Shown here one piece after another: positions 1 to 12,816 of a DNA stretch of 64,000 nucleotides. A program made the position numbers and the translations under genes. This DNA is from Tricharina praecox. Lineage: Eukaryota. Within the stretch, counting starts at the first letter, position 1. Every line of letters begins with the position of its first letter. Location of the stretch: assembly GCF_024521635.1 (NCBI RefSeq), contig NW_026250405.1:124001-188000 (forward strand), read 5' to 3'. The notes beneath the pieces are model-generated. The model was given only the letters and a program-made list of their open reading frames with translations. It searched no databases and was not told the origin of the DNA.

Positions 1-102
1 CCCCTACCTTCAGCATGTCAAGCTGAACTCTGAGCCCTACCCAGAAGCTGGAAACGAGGAACTCAACGCCCGCTGACGTTTCTTTCTCGGATCACTCTCT
101 AG

Positions 103-975
103 ATCCTGTCTTCTCCACCGCTTTGTGCGCAGCGAATGTCCGTACCAAACACCCACCTCGCCCCGCTTCTTCAGGATTCCCGGCGCTAACTTGCGTCGCA
201 CCGGAAAACAGGGCGCATCCTCTCCTCGCAAACGATCGGCGTCGAATTCTCGTCAAAGATAATCAAAGTCGGCACCGGTGCACGACGAAAGCGGGTCAAG
301 CTTCAGCTATGGGACACCGCGGGACAAGAGCGCTTCCGTTCCGTGACGCGCAGCTACTACCGGGGCGCTGCGGGAGCCCTCCTAATCTACGACATCACCT
401 CGCACCCATCCTTCACTTCTCTGCCCACTTTCCTTTCCGACGCACGCGCCCTCGCAAGCCCGAATCTCACGCTCATACTCGTCGGGAATAAATGCGACTT
501 ATCGGTGCCGCCGACTTCGCGGCGACCACCGCCAAGTAGTTCCGGTGGCAGCTCGCTCAGCACTACGCCGACACGATTCGCAGATGATACCTCGCGCGCG
601 TGGGAAAGCGAGCTCGAGGACGACGAGGAGGAGGATGAGGCACCGGCAAGGGCCGTGTCCGCTCAGGAGGCGGCGCGGTGGGCTAGTCTCAGTGGTATTC
701 CCGTCAGTATGGAGACTTCGGCGCTCAATGGTGATAATGTGGATGAGGTGTTTGCGAGGATCGCGCGGATGATTGTCACCAAGATTGAACTCGGTGAGGT
801 CGATCCGGATGATCCGAGCAGTGGCATACAGTACGGTGACTCTGGCGGTTGGATTGAGGCTAGTAGTGCGAGCAGCAGACGCCCGGGCACCGGGAGTGGA
901 TGGAAGAGTGGGTTGAGGGAATGGGAGAGTGTGTTCAGGAGGGATGCGGCGAGGAGGGGTGGTGGATGCTGCTGA
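103..975 (+). CDS. ypt4: Rab4/Ypt4-like small GTPase, 5'-partial (exons 103-137, 212-975; earlier exon(s) not resolved)
   Basis: Spliced reading [24 protein letters not shown]...[32 protein letters not shown], and a C-terminal GGGCC prenylation motif. Intron 138-211 has GT, a GCTAAC branch point and CAG. Confidence 0.9.
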
Positions 976-1382
976 TGTTACGACGATGGTGGTAATAGAG
1001 TACAGTACCTGGGGGACATTATTTGAGCGGCTGTTTTGATGCAATGTTTATCCTCTTTTATCATGCTTATTTATACTTGCTTTCATAGACATGTTGTGCT
1101 GGTTTTTCTAGCCTGCTTTCAAGTTTCTTTTGATTTAGGACCCGAGCTGTGGGGGTCATCGGTTGCTGTGGAGTTGTCGAAGCTGGAGTGAGGGAGTTTG
1201 TTTCTGGTTGGGCTTGTACTGGCGGGAATGCGCCGCAGAGAGAGACGGAGGATTTAATCGTAATAGATTATGATTGAAGATCTGCCTTTGCTCGGGTACC
1301 TATGCCGAGTGACGGTGTGTGGACAAACTGCCCCAGCACTTTACGTTCAACACGTGGTTTCTGCCGCTCTTTTCATTCCAGC

Positions 1383-1671
1383 TGCATTTGGAATACCACC
1401 TGGCAAGCAGGGCCATACCCGTCCCCACCCAATACCCGGCCGCTGGAGGCTGGAGGCTGGAACAGGAAGCGATGCATGTGCTGTACTACTGTACAAAGGA
1501 GCTATGCATCCGGCGGATCAAATGTAGCACCGGGTCGGTATGTACACGGATTGTTGCAGACTTACAGCAAAGCGGGCGACGGTGATCATTGATATTCACG
1601 AGTACCTACAGGTATGTAGTGCAGGGAGAATGCCCAGAAAACTTCGTGAGCGGGTTACGGGTAGGTAGGTC
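1383..1671 (+). repeat. Local direct duplication, copy 1 (copy 2 at ~3534-4140)
   Basis: 37-bp exact match of 1523-1559 to 3973-4009, plus co-linear shared blocks TGCATTTGGAATACCAC and GAAAACTTCGTGA-CGGGTTACGGGTA. Confidence 0.85.
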
Positions 1672-1891
1672 AAATCCCGATTATAGATCTGGAGTGAGGA
1701 TGAAACTGACCATCAAGAAACCGAAGAGCTTCGCGGGGTTCTGGGAGGGGGTAAATGGCGGCTGCATGTTGAGGGAAGACGGTCAGGTCGAGTGGAGGGT
1801 TGGAATCGAGCCAGGAGAAAAGAGGAGAGAGGAGCTGGAGTGGGATGTGCTGGCGGAGAAGGGGGATTATGTGGTTGTTAGTCTGAGTTAG
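1589..1891 (+). pseudogene. Possible C-terminal relic of a DUF4139 (mucoidy inhibitor-like) gene
   Basis: VSGLRV/(frameshift)QIP...MKLTIKKPK...DGQVEWRVGIEPGEKRREELEWDV resembles the DUF4139 C-terminus as I remember it. No ATG and no intact upstream frame. Confidence 0.3.
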
Positions 1892-2095
1892 GAATATGCT
1901 CTTTGATTACAATGACGGTCAGTGCGCAGAACACCATAGTGGTGGCATCTTGTTTGTTGCCCGTCGACTCTTCACCGCCACTCACCGTCGGATCCGCAAC
2001 AAATGTACCTAGCGATTTATCATTCATACATATAATACCGGGTGCTGCCCTATGACGTTTATTTCCGGAATGCACACACACTCACACACAATATG

Positions 2096-3452
2096 CCCTA
2101 GGGTACAAGGAATGCGGCACTGCCGTATTAACTAAATGGGCACGAGTTAATACGGCCTGGGAGGATGACAGTCAAACGGCTCTAAAAGGGCTCCTAAAAA
2201 GGCCCTAATCCGGCTATTAAAGGGCTCCTAAAAAGGCCCTAATCCGGCTATTAAAGGGCTCGATAGTCTTCAAGGGCTCTATAGTCTAAAAAGGCTCTAC
2301 ATACAAGAGTTCTAAAAGGGCGCTGTCACCCATACGGCTTTTAGGAGCTTATATGGCTGACCTGAACAATACACGAGCACGAACTGCTGCTTGAAATTGC
2401 TGTGATTCTATGTATGATAGCTGCTGCTGTTCACCCCATATATATCCACCCCTCCGCGCCTATGCAAACCAAAACCCGCCTCTCCCCGGCTCCCCGCCCT
2501 CCTCACTCTCCCCACTCTCCCCACTCTCCCCACTCTCCCCACCCTTCCCGCTCTCCGGCATTCACCCGAGTACCTTAGCACACATTCAACATGACCTACA
2601 TGCTCAATAGATAGTCTATTAATGCCGGCGATGACAGTGGGGTATCAACAGCGAGCTAGGTCTAGTAGCGCAATACGTACCTGCTGTAGGAAGACCAGAG
2701 ACTGTGAGAGAGTGAACGACGGTGATGGAGGAGCTATCGACGACAGGGGGAAGCGGGAGGAGGAGCTGTTGGTGAGAGAAGGGAGGAACTGTCAGCGAGG
2801 GGAGGACTGTTAGCGAGAGGAGGACTGTCAGCGAGAGGAGGAGCTGTTGGTGAGATGAGGAGAGGAAGAGCTGTTGGCGAGATGAGAGGACGAGAGTAGG
2901 AGAAGACGAGCTGTGGCGAGATGAGGAAGTGATGGAAGAGCTGATGGCGAGATGAGGAAAGCAGTAGCTGGTAGAGAGAAGGAGGAGAGGAGGAGTTGTT
3001 GGGGAGAGGAGGAAGTGATGGAGGAGCTCTCTGTGGGAGGAAGCGAATGTGGTTAGTATCGGGCATCAACGTTAGTGGGCATGGCGGGGGCACGCATGGC
3101 GGGGCCGACAGAATAAGGAGAAAATGCTCCATTTATAAATCAAAGCCTATTCAACACTCGAGCCGAAAGCCTAATGAGCGGTAAGGTATCATTTTACCAA
3201 CGGTTGCCCGAAGAGCGTGGTGGAGAGACATTGCATTTACTACTAACCGCCCATTGACTGGCCTTCGCCCAATATGACCATCGTAAACTGGCCGCAATTA
3301 CTACCAACCGCCTATTGCCTCAGCATAGGCCAATTTACTAGCAGAAGCCTGAATCACTAGAGCAAATGAGCCGCATTTTGTGTCAGGAGCAAGTTTACAG
3401 GCAGGCTCGCATTTACTTAATTGCGGCTTGCCGCATTCCTTGTACCCTAGGG
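2096..3452. mobile_element. Non-autonomous TIR DNA transposon, ~1.35 kb
   Basis: Perfect 24-bp inverted repeat CCCTAGGGTACAAGGAATGCGGCA (2096-2119 / 3429-3452), extending imperfectly to ~40 bp. 12-bp subterminal hairpin at 2122-2133/2145-2156. No recognisable transposase. Confidence 0.8.
2187..2261. repeat. 34-bp tandem repeat x2.2 inside the TIR element
   Basis: AGGGCTCCTAAAAAGGCCCTAATCCGGCTATTAA at 2187-2220 and 2221-2254, plus a partial copy. Confidence 0.9.
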
Positions 3453-3533
3453 ATGGGAATCGGATCAATACTTGGTACCCGTCCACGCACCTCCTTCCAT
3501 GAACACCGCTGGTGGGTTCAATATATTCCTCTG

Positions 3534-4140
3534 TGCATTTGGAATACCACGCACCCACTCTTCCCGAGCAAGCGGGGCCGTCCCCGCCCCACCTAATACC
3601 CGAAGGCTGGAGGAAATGAAGAAAGCGCTGTGCTACATACTGAGTAGCTACTTGATACAGTGTTCTACATAGTCCAGTCCGTCCGTCCTGGGCCTCCGAC
3701 CGGACTGGACTGTATCTCGGCAATCCGTCCGGAGCGGTGTTCGGACGGACTAGTCCAAAAGGGTTTGAGGTCAGGACGGACTACAGTCGACTGCAGTCGA
3801 CTGCATTCCTATGCCAAGAAATGGAGAAAAATGTTTTCCTTCAGTAATCACAAAATTACGGCAAACTAAGGCGGAATAGAAAGCGAGGGGAAAATTCCAC
3901 GTGATGGACAAATTTCGCACTAAAAAGTCTTGGTACAATGTATGCATCCGGACCACAGTTTTTCACGGCCGGTGTAGCACCGGGTCGGTATGTACACGGA
4001 TTGTTGCAGTAAGCAAAGCGGGCGACGGCGATCATTGATGTGCACGAGTGCTTATGTACGTGTACCTATACCTAGAGTAGTGCAAGGACTCAAGCAGTAT
4101 GCCCGGAAAACTTCGTGAACGGGTTACGGGTATGTAGATC
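3534..4140 (+). repeat. Local direct duplication, copy 2, interrupted by a ~275-bp insertion
   Basis: Co-linear with 1383-1671 except for the block at ~3658-3932. Confidence 0.8.
3658..3932. mobile_element. Possible truncated DNA-transposon end (hAT-like)
   Basis: Absent from duplicate copy 1. Starts CAGTGTT and carries many GGACGGACT/AGTCCGTCC motifs in both orientations. No matching second end seen. Confidence 0.45.
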
Positions 4141-4371
4141 TGCCGGTTGCCGGGGTGTGGTTGGTGTGGTTTCCTTCTTCTGGGTTACTGGGTACCTCTG
4201 AACTATCGTAGCGAGCGAGCGGCGACTCCGCGAGCGCGTGCTGTCGTGTACTTATGTATGTATGTGCTGGGACGTAGCTCGCAGGCGGGGGGAGGAGGCA
4301 GTCATTCTTTGGCCCGAACGAGCAGCCTGGAGTCCAGACAGGATTCTCACTGCGACGAGCCGTGATTTCGA

Positions 4372-4404
<33 letters not shown>

Positions 4405-7204
4405 GGGGGATCTCATCTTCCGGCTCGTTTGGAGGCGAATACCGGTAAATTAGGATCTCCACGTACGGTGTCGGGTTTCGACGAAAGATTTGGTTAACGG
4501 GTACAGACAGAGCTCGGGGTGTACGACGGCGGTGCGGTGCCACTGTATCAGCTGAGAGTGATCGTCCGGGAATTCACATATTGCATATTGCATATTGCCC
4601 GTCGGAAACCGCACAGTCAGTCGGCGGTTCCTGGCTTGGGTCCTGGCTGCTAATCATGATCCCCCCTCTACGTGCGGAGGCGACAATGCGGGAACCTACA
4701 GGATGATACTCCAGGTAGGCATCTCCGTGGAAAGTCCAATTTCCAATATCCCGAACTAAAAATATCGACTGCTCGGGTGCTACAGATAGGAGCTTGTGGG
4801 ATTTTCGATTGCATGCCTACAGTATCTAAGCCCGGAATATGGGGATATGATTGCGGGTAGCGAGAGAGAATATCAATTTTCATTTGCAGCCAATCCGTGG
4901 ACACGGTACCGGCAAGCGAGTGATACTATGTGATTCGACGTGGTGGAACATCATCACCGAATTCGGGGATCGACGCCAGGAGGTATCAGTTGAGTGGTGT
5001 ATGATAGGTAGATGATCCGAAGATCTACGAGTAGATACATGTTTAACTGCGGATGTGCTCCGGTTGTGACGTATGCGTGTTTATTCACTGATGTACCGGG
5101 GCCTGAAGGCTGGATATCGACATTCTCCGCGAGTGTCTTCATGCCTCCATCTACTAGAGTATGTATACCGGCTGAGAGCACAAGTGAACTTGCCGCTTAC
5201 CATGTTAAGTCTCCCGGACATTCGAGTGCTCATCTCTTCTTTACCAACCTCCGCTCGGCGCTCTACCGTATCAACCCTCCCTTCACCACACCCATGGCTG
5301 AAGGCTCGACGTTACAGTGCCCAGAATCCGGCTCGTCAGTGGATCCGGCTGAAGACTCGGAGCCATCCCAGCTATCCCAGCCCAGCCACCGTACTAGATA
5401 TGTACCGTACCGTAGTAGTTACCGTAGTAGTTACCGTAGTGGTGTCCCGAGTGTCTCACCCTGGGCCCGGACGGCTAGCCGATCGAAGAATCGCAGGCTT
5501 GCGCGTCGCTCGGCTTCCGTTGATTCCGAATTCCGAGTTTTGAGTTTTGAGTTTTGAGTTCCGAGTCACGACTTCGTCATGTTCGAGAATGAGTTTGCTT
5601 CGGGCTACGGCGGCGGCAATGGGAATGTGAGTTATCTGTTCTACTACCCAGGAACTTCTCGCTCGACTGCATGCCGACCTCGGTATAGATACCTCCTCTA
5701 TACCGCACGATAGACTGTAGACTGTAGTCACCGTCGTGTGCTCTACTCTATCTGATACACGGGGCCAGGCTCAGGCTCAGGCTCAGGCTCAAGGGCAAGT
5801 GTCAAGGGCAAGGTACTACCTGCTATGCATACCAGTAACGTTCCATTCCTCGCCAGTCGCCAGTGCTAGCTGGTCCGCAAGCTGACCACCAAGCAGTGCA
5901 AGCACCAAGCATGCAGGTACATCTTAACAAGTAGATACTCTAGAGAAGGTGTGATATGTAGCCAACCACGAAGCGACCGTCAACATTCTCGCCCCCAAAT
6001 ACCCGCCCCCCAATCCCCGCCCCCCGGGACGCCGCCAGGGACGCCACCAGTCGCCGTCAGTCGTATTCATTCCGCCGCACCACATGCGCGCGGTGAGGGA
6101 AGTTACGGTCTACCCAAGTAAGTACTAGTTACCCAGTTAGCTATCGCCACAGGCATCAGGATTCAACACCGTCGGCGCCCCCATCGGTATTATACACAAG
6201 GGAGCAATGCGGTGCAATACATAGTACTATTGTTCTGCGCCCCCGGAATGCGCCTCCAGTCTGTCAAGTCTGTCAAGTCTGTCAGTATGTCAAGTAAGCT
6301 GACCGGGAACCCGACGACGAAGCTGTCGGGTCGTCGAACCAACTACTTGTTAGTTACTGCTTACTGCTACAGTACCTACTGCTACATCCACATCCACATA
6401 CACATGGTTACATACAGGCTGTATCTATCTTCAATTCTTTGCCGGACATCCGTGCGAGTCTACGAGTCCGAGAAGTACTAGTACTCGGACGGTACACCGG
6501 TGTGTGGAACAGGGCCGCCGGCTCGCTGAGTCCTAGACCGAGACCGAGACATCAATCACATCAATCGACATAAATCGAGTCTCAACACGAGGATGAAACC
6601 GACTCAGGTGCTTACAGTTACATGCCTACCGGTATGTACCATGAGAAGAAGAAAAAATTGAAGTCGAGAATCACAAAGAAATCCCGCAAACCAGTACTCT
6701 GTACTTTGTAGTAGTTACTCCATTGTTCTCCATTGTTCTCCATCCCATCCCCATCCATCGCTCCACTCTGCGTGCCCCTATGATGACCAGCCCCGGCCGC
6801 AGCCCCAGTCCCAAACCCAGCCCCAGCCCCATCCCCAGCCGTCCCCGTCCCCGCCCCCGCGCCCGCCTCACCGCACCCCGGTCCCCCAATTTACTTTATG
6901 CATAAGGCGAAAATGGAAATACAAAGCCAGACACGACAAGACAAGAAAAGACCAAAAAACAACTAGTATGCAAAGGACCGGAAAGAAAGAGAAAGAAAAA
7001 ACGCCGCGCTGCCGTGGGGTGGTGGGTGGGTAGGTGGGTGGGTTGAATTCGTGAAATGTACATTCGATCGATACGTTATACAGGATATCCAAAACAAAAA
7101 AGGAGGAAGAATAAAGAAGAAGAATAAAAAACCTGCACTGAAGCAGAAAAAAAAGAAGAATAAAAGAAAGGAAAGTCTTTTTTCTTGGTAATTCGTCAGT
7201 ACTA

Positions 7205-9433
7205 CTAGTAGCTGTCCTCGAGGCCCTTGTCGACTATTCCCCGGTCGGTGACGACGACTATGTGCTTCTGTATCGATTTTTTCTTTGGGTATGGCGCCTC
7301 AAAGATTTCGTTGATGGCTTCGAGCGTGCGGCCTTTCGTCTCCACGAAGCTGTAGCAACGACATGTTAGCTCTAAAATCGGGCCGCTGGATGGAAGGTGC
7401 GTAGGTGTCATACAAGAAATAGATGAAAACGACCTCAAAGACGTCCCATGCAATAAAGACAAAGTAGAACCTCCACTTGATCTTGGCCCACACAGTTGGA
7501 ATCGCGTATGTCTGTTTACCCAGTCAGTCAGTCAGTCAGTCGACGGTTCGGCGACACCATGGGACCGTGTGCGATCACTTACGTTGAAGAAGGCGGCGAT
7601 ATTGACAATCAGATTGTACAGCCCCATTCCTTTAGCCCTAGTCTCGTACGAGAGACACTCGACCGGATACAGTGCCTGCAGCGGCGTGTATGCGAAACTA
7701 TAGGTGATGCCGAAGGCGTAGATCATGGCGATGGTCGCTCTCGATCCCGCGAGGTTCTCGTTCTCCTTGTTGGCATAGATGGCTGTCAGAGTGGTGATGA
7801 CGGTCCATAGCACCACGAAGAGCGCGGTCGAAATGAGAAGCACCGGCCGCCGTCCAAAACTGTCCACGAATCGAGCTCCCAATGTCGCCGTGATGAACGA
7901 GAGCACGTTGAGGATCGCGTTGTACAGCAGTTGTGTCCGTTCGTCCTTGACGCCGATGGTGTCCAGCAGGACGGGCATGAAGTATGAGACAGCGCCGTTT
8001 CCAGACCACTGCGGAACAGTTCAGCATGTGAAGTCGAAAAGCCTTTGTTTTCCCGGGAAACAAACCTGACCAAAGAATCCCATGCCCGCAACGCAAGCCA
8101 TTCTCCACCATGCACTCCTCGAGTTGAAGAGCGGAGCATAATCCCACCACCGCTTGTCGGAACCTTCGGTGGTGATCTCCTCGATCATTTCGCGATACGT
8201 CAAGAGGACGATGGGCGAGTTCCTATCCCCCTCTCCATGGTATTTCGCCATGACACTGATGGCCTCGGCATGGCGGTCGTTAGACACAAGCTATGTGGTA
8301 CGAAACAACTTCTCAGCGAACAGCTCCAATCATATCACATGTACTCATAGGTATGTACGTACCCATCGCGGTGTCTCGGGGCAAAAGAGACAACCCAAGA
8401 TGACGCCTCCTGAGGCGACTGCTTGCAACCAGATGGGGAGCCTCCACGAAAGGTCGCCCTCGAGTTGCTGGGTCGCGTAGATGGTCCAAGTTGCCGGAAT
8501 TCCTCCCACGAACCAGAATGTGTTGTACATTCCGGTCAGTGTTCCTCGCCACGCGGGATGTGCCATTTCTGCGACGTACGAAGGTCCTGCCGTTGCGCAT
8601 GTCGCAACTGAAAAAAGAAAAGAAAAAAGAAGAATGTCAGCGCGCGCATACTACGGAGTGCGGAACACTGGAACGGGGGCAACAAACCTCCAAAGCCGAG
8701 TATGAAGCGGCCGCCCATAAACATGAGCTGATTGGTCGCAGGAGCCTGAATACAAGTCCCCGCAATGATGATGGAAGCTCCGATGAACATTCCCCAACGC
8801 CGACCCCACCAGTCCTGAACGACGGAACATCAGCTCCCCCGGCCCTCTCGAACAACAACAACAGCGCAATAACCGACCATTGCGCCAACACCGAAAAGCT
8901 TACCGTGAACGGTCCGCAAAAGAAGGAACCAACGATATTGCCGATCGTGTATATCGAGAACACCAGACCCGTTTTCGAACCTGTTGTTGTCATGTTGAAA
9001 TAACTTTATTTTTTTCAACGGGCGAATCATCAGTCTACAGTTCATATGTAGGGTGTGTATGGAATGTTAGGTATAAGAGGGGCGAAGCAAATACATACTT
9101 CTGATATGTCTTCATGGCATTAATGCCGCCCATGAGACTTCCATCGTAGCCGTTGATGCACGAGTTCAGGAATGCGATGAACAGGAAGAAGTATAGCTTG
9201 AACATAGTCCGTGTGAACGGCTGGGGTTTCTGCGCCAGCAGTGCATCCGAGAAGCCGACATGGGCGACGGTGGTGATGTGTTGGTGAACCGGCGTGTCCG
9301 TGCCATACGAGGCGTACGATTCGTATCGACTCCTGTAGACTGACGAGTCAAGTGTGTTGCGGTAGCTTGCCGATTCGAAATCAGTGTCGTCCCGTTCCAT
9401 CTCGTAGCGCGGCGGCCGATGTGATGGCGACAT
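7205..9433 (-). CDS. MFS sugar porter, lactose permease/cellodextrin transporter (Lac12/CDT/Crt1) family; exons 9433-9099, 9003-8904, 8814-8688, 8607-8363, 8290-8066, 8008-7583, 7511-7414, 7349-7205
   Basis: Motifs NGYDGSLMGGINAM, DWWGRRWGM, EMAHPAWRG, PETPRWL, GQWSGNG, DSFGRR, FVETKGRTLE. All seven introns are GT-AG and keep the frame. Confidence 0.93.
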
Positions 9434-12400
9434 TTTTGCGGGTGTTGTGGGTGTGTGTTCCGATGAGAGGTGGATTGCGACCTGGCGGGGTGGGTGTGTT
9501 TTGCTGCCGGAGAGCCGCCAAAGGCAGATCGGTCGTCCTTAAGGTGTGTATTTGTTTCCCAGTTGCTCACCCAAGGGGGAATGGGAATGAATGAGTGGGG
9601 GCCCCACCAACCGATAGAAGGGACGGTTTACTATATATTGGTTGCTGAGAATATGTTGTCAAAAATTGGCGAAAAGATACAAACCTACCCCGGAACCGAT
9701 GAGCATCGGGGCGGGGGAAGGAAGGTGCAGAGGGATCTTCTTCTTAAGAGGCCAGTACCTGTCTGTACCGTATAGTATCAACCGGTACGCTAAAGTGCAT
9801 TCCAGAGACGCTTACTCGTATGCAGAAACCAAGTAATACATACACAGGCAAGTACATACAGCTTAGTGCAAGCATATATTACCGGTAACTACTCCATCTC
9901 TTTATGGAGGAGGGGTGTGTTCAGGGAGGTGAGGCATGATGTACGGTACGTAAAATATAGTATGCACATCCATAGGTAGCTCTTTCTCGGGAGAGCCGAA
10001 CGGGGCGAAAGCGAGCATCGCAGCATATGGTACTATATCATAGACCAGAGTCTGCTGGGGCTTGTCTTCTGTTTTTCTCTCTTTCCTTCTTTCCAATCTC
10101 CCATATGTACCACATCTGAGGACGATTAAGCGAAAGCCACGCGGACCGGTAAGGCCTTCGGTATAGGCCATGTAAGTAAGCAGGTATGTGTGTGAATATC
10201 GTCGGAGGGGTAGTTGAGCCTATGTAGCAAAGATGGGGAGCTTGCACGGATATGTAAACCGCATAGTTGGGAATAGCAGGTACTTGGGCATGGGAACGAT
10301 GCTCGCGCGGCCTTGGTGCATAGGTGGAGAAGTACTAGTACATAGCATACATATTCCCAGAATGCGGGGGAAGGGGGAACGCAGAGACTGGCTTCCGCAT
10401 CTCCAGCGTCAGTCCGGGCCGGGACACACACACACTGCCACCCTCACCCACACACACCCCTCCCTCCCCGAAGATGTCTCGGAGAATGTGGGCCACATGC
10501 CATATATCCGTTTCCGACAAGCCTGCGCCCAGCTCGAAGCTTGTTCGCCTCTGCTAGCCTCCAGTCGTGCTGCGTGCATCGTTGCCGTTGTTGTCGGTGT
10601 TGTTTCTTTTTGTGGTCGGTAACCTGGGCCGTCGGGCATTAATTGATTGCGACCCGCGAGAAGGTGTGGGGTAAATGCCACTAAAAGAACCCTTGTGACC
10701 ACTGAACACTGGCTGTCCATCGTCCGGATCCACCCAGGAGCATGTAGATCGTGGAGCGAGGTGGGAAAACCCGAGTGTAAGAAAATGAAAAATAAAATCT
10801 TAGCGAAGGCTGTCTCGGAGTCGCAATGTTGACGTCGTCGGGACTCGGGAGGTTCGCCGGAGAAGATGTTCTCGAAGCCGCTGCGACGTCAGCATATAGT
10901 TGAATACTTATGAATGTACATACCGGTAATCTAGACTCCAGTGCAACACCCATTCACTTCCCACCATCGCAACGATCCCACACACAGAAGAAAGAGAAGA
11001 TATAGAGGTTGATCATTTAGGTATTCGGTAGATGATGAGAGAGAAAGAGAAGAAGAAGAAGAAGAAGAAGAAGCAGGCGACCCTGTTAGACCCGCCAAAC
11101 GCTGATGCTCCCTATGACTAACCACATTCGCTTCCTCCCGCTGACAAGTCCTCCCCTCGCTGACAGCTCCTCCATCGCTTCGCAACAACCGACTCAAACA
11201 ATCCGATATGTTCGTTACTGGTCGTCGGTCGGTCGATGCATTCCGTGCGCCAGCGGCCAGCATCACTGACGGGAGGCAACGCCAGACGAGTCCACCGCCG
11301 TATGCAAAGGCGTGGATACTGGATATTGGATAGCAGAACTTAGAAAGATCGGCCTCTACAGTAGGCTCTTGATTGCTCGGAGTGCGGATGGCGGTGGTCG
11401 TGGTGGAGTCCGATAACGTATGGCGCAAGGATGGGTGAGGACTCGTCAATGGGAGGCCGTAAAGAGTGAGTAGGTGCGGTGCGGTTCGAGTGGAAACGTC
11501 TCACAGAGAGGCGTGTGGATACTACCGGTACTACTATGGAACTTCCGGAGAATGGGTTTGCACAACGTAATGATAGTGTTCATGCCCGACTCGTCTTTGC
11601 TGATATAGGTACATTTTACTGGTACATCGCGATGCCTGGTTCAATTCTCGTCACTTGATTGAGCGGTACCTAGGTACGCGAATGTTTATCATTCATGACT
11701 GTGCACTGTATGGGAGATTGCTACTGGAAGTCATACAGTGACGATGAGGGGAATATAATGGATCGAATCCGGGAGCAATTAGGCTTCATCCCACTATCAG
11801 TCTATACTATATTATAGGTACTTTCCTAAGTCCTTCCTCGGGCTCGGGTTGTATGTATCCACCGCGGCGGGACCTGTGATACCTACGATGCCACACACCC
11901 AAACACACAGCATGTATGATACCGGATACACAGCAGCCTGATCCCGAACCCAGGCCGGAGTGCCGCATGACTGCAGTCTGCAGCCAAGTACCCAAGCATC
12001 GTATACCCAAGTATTCTGTGGTAGTTATACTACATACGCAGATTGGTTACTGGTGCAGCCCTGCGATCGACCGCCGCTGAACAGTGAAAGTCCGTCCAGG
12101 CTCCAGGCTCCAGGCTCCAGCTCGCTTCTGCCGGGCCATGAAGCGAACGCCGGCGGGAGATCATGTACGTACGTACGGCGTATGACGGCGTACGCAGCCT
12201 GCAGTTTTCTTGGGCTCGCTCACACACCGCCGCCGACGGTCCTCTGGAGCGTCACATGATAGGCGTACCGTACATACGCCCTCTATGCTGTGACTGTACG
12301 GTACTCTATGTAGAGTACATTATACCTATCAGCTCGCTTGTAGATCTGTACGATACTCTACTCTACTCTAACTCCGGCAACCACTCTGATTCCTGAACAA

Positions 12401-12729
12401 ACATTCTCTCTCTGTCTCGGCATTTCTCGGCCCGTGAAACAACCAGGGTCCAGGTAGGGGGGCTCACGTCAGGTCCCAGGACTCGTTAGCGCGGAGTCCC
12501 CATGTCACTACTTTACACGAACATGCGATCTCGGTGAGGTGAGGAAAAGCAATTTCCTCCTGTCTGTCTGGCTGTCTGTCATTCTGTCTAACGGTGGCGT
12601 GAATGGAAAGAGGGCTGCGCCAAAGGTAGAGTGGCGAGAAATACCGTTTGTATGGCCTTCGGCGACGGTGAGGCCGGGGTTGACGACTCAAGAGGATAAC
12701 ATGATGGGAAGTTGATTTTGGTGTCGGGC

Positions 12730-12816
12730 AACATCATCGTCGGGAAACATCATCGTCGGGAAACATCATCGTCGGGAAACATCATCGTCGGGAAACATCA
12801 TCGTCGGGAAACATCA
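12730..12816. repeat. 16-bp minisatellite x5.4 (AACATCATCGTCGGGA)
   Basis: Five perfect head-to-tail units at 12730-12809 plus a partial unit; no spacers. Confidence 0.95.

Noticed and set aside
10846..10859. CGG-N8-CCG (ClrB-type) site
   Set aside because: A few such matches are expected by chance in 10 kb.
12730..12816. CRISPR-like array
   Set aside because: Units are contiguous with no spacers, and the context is eukaryotic.
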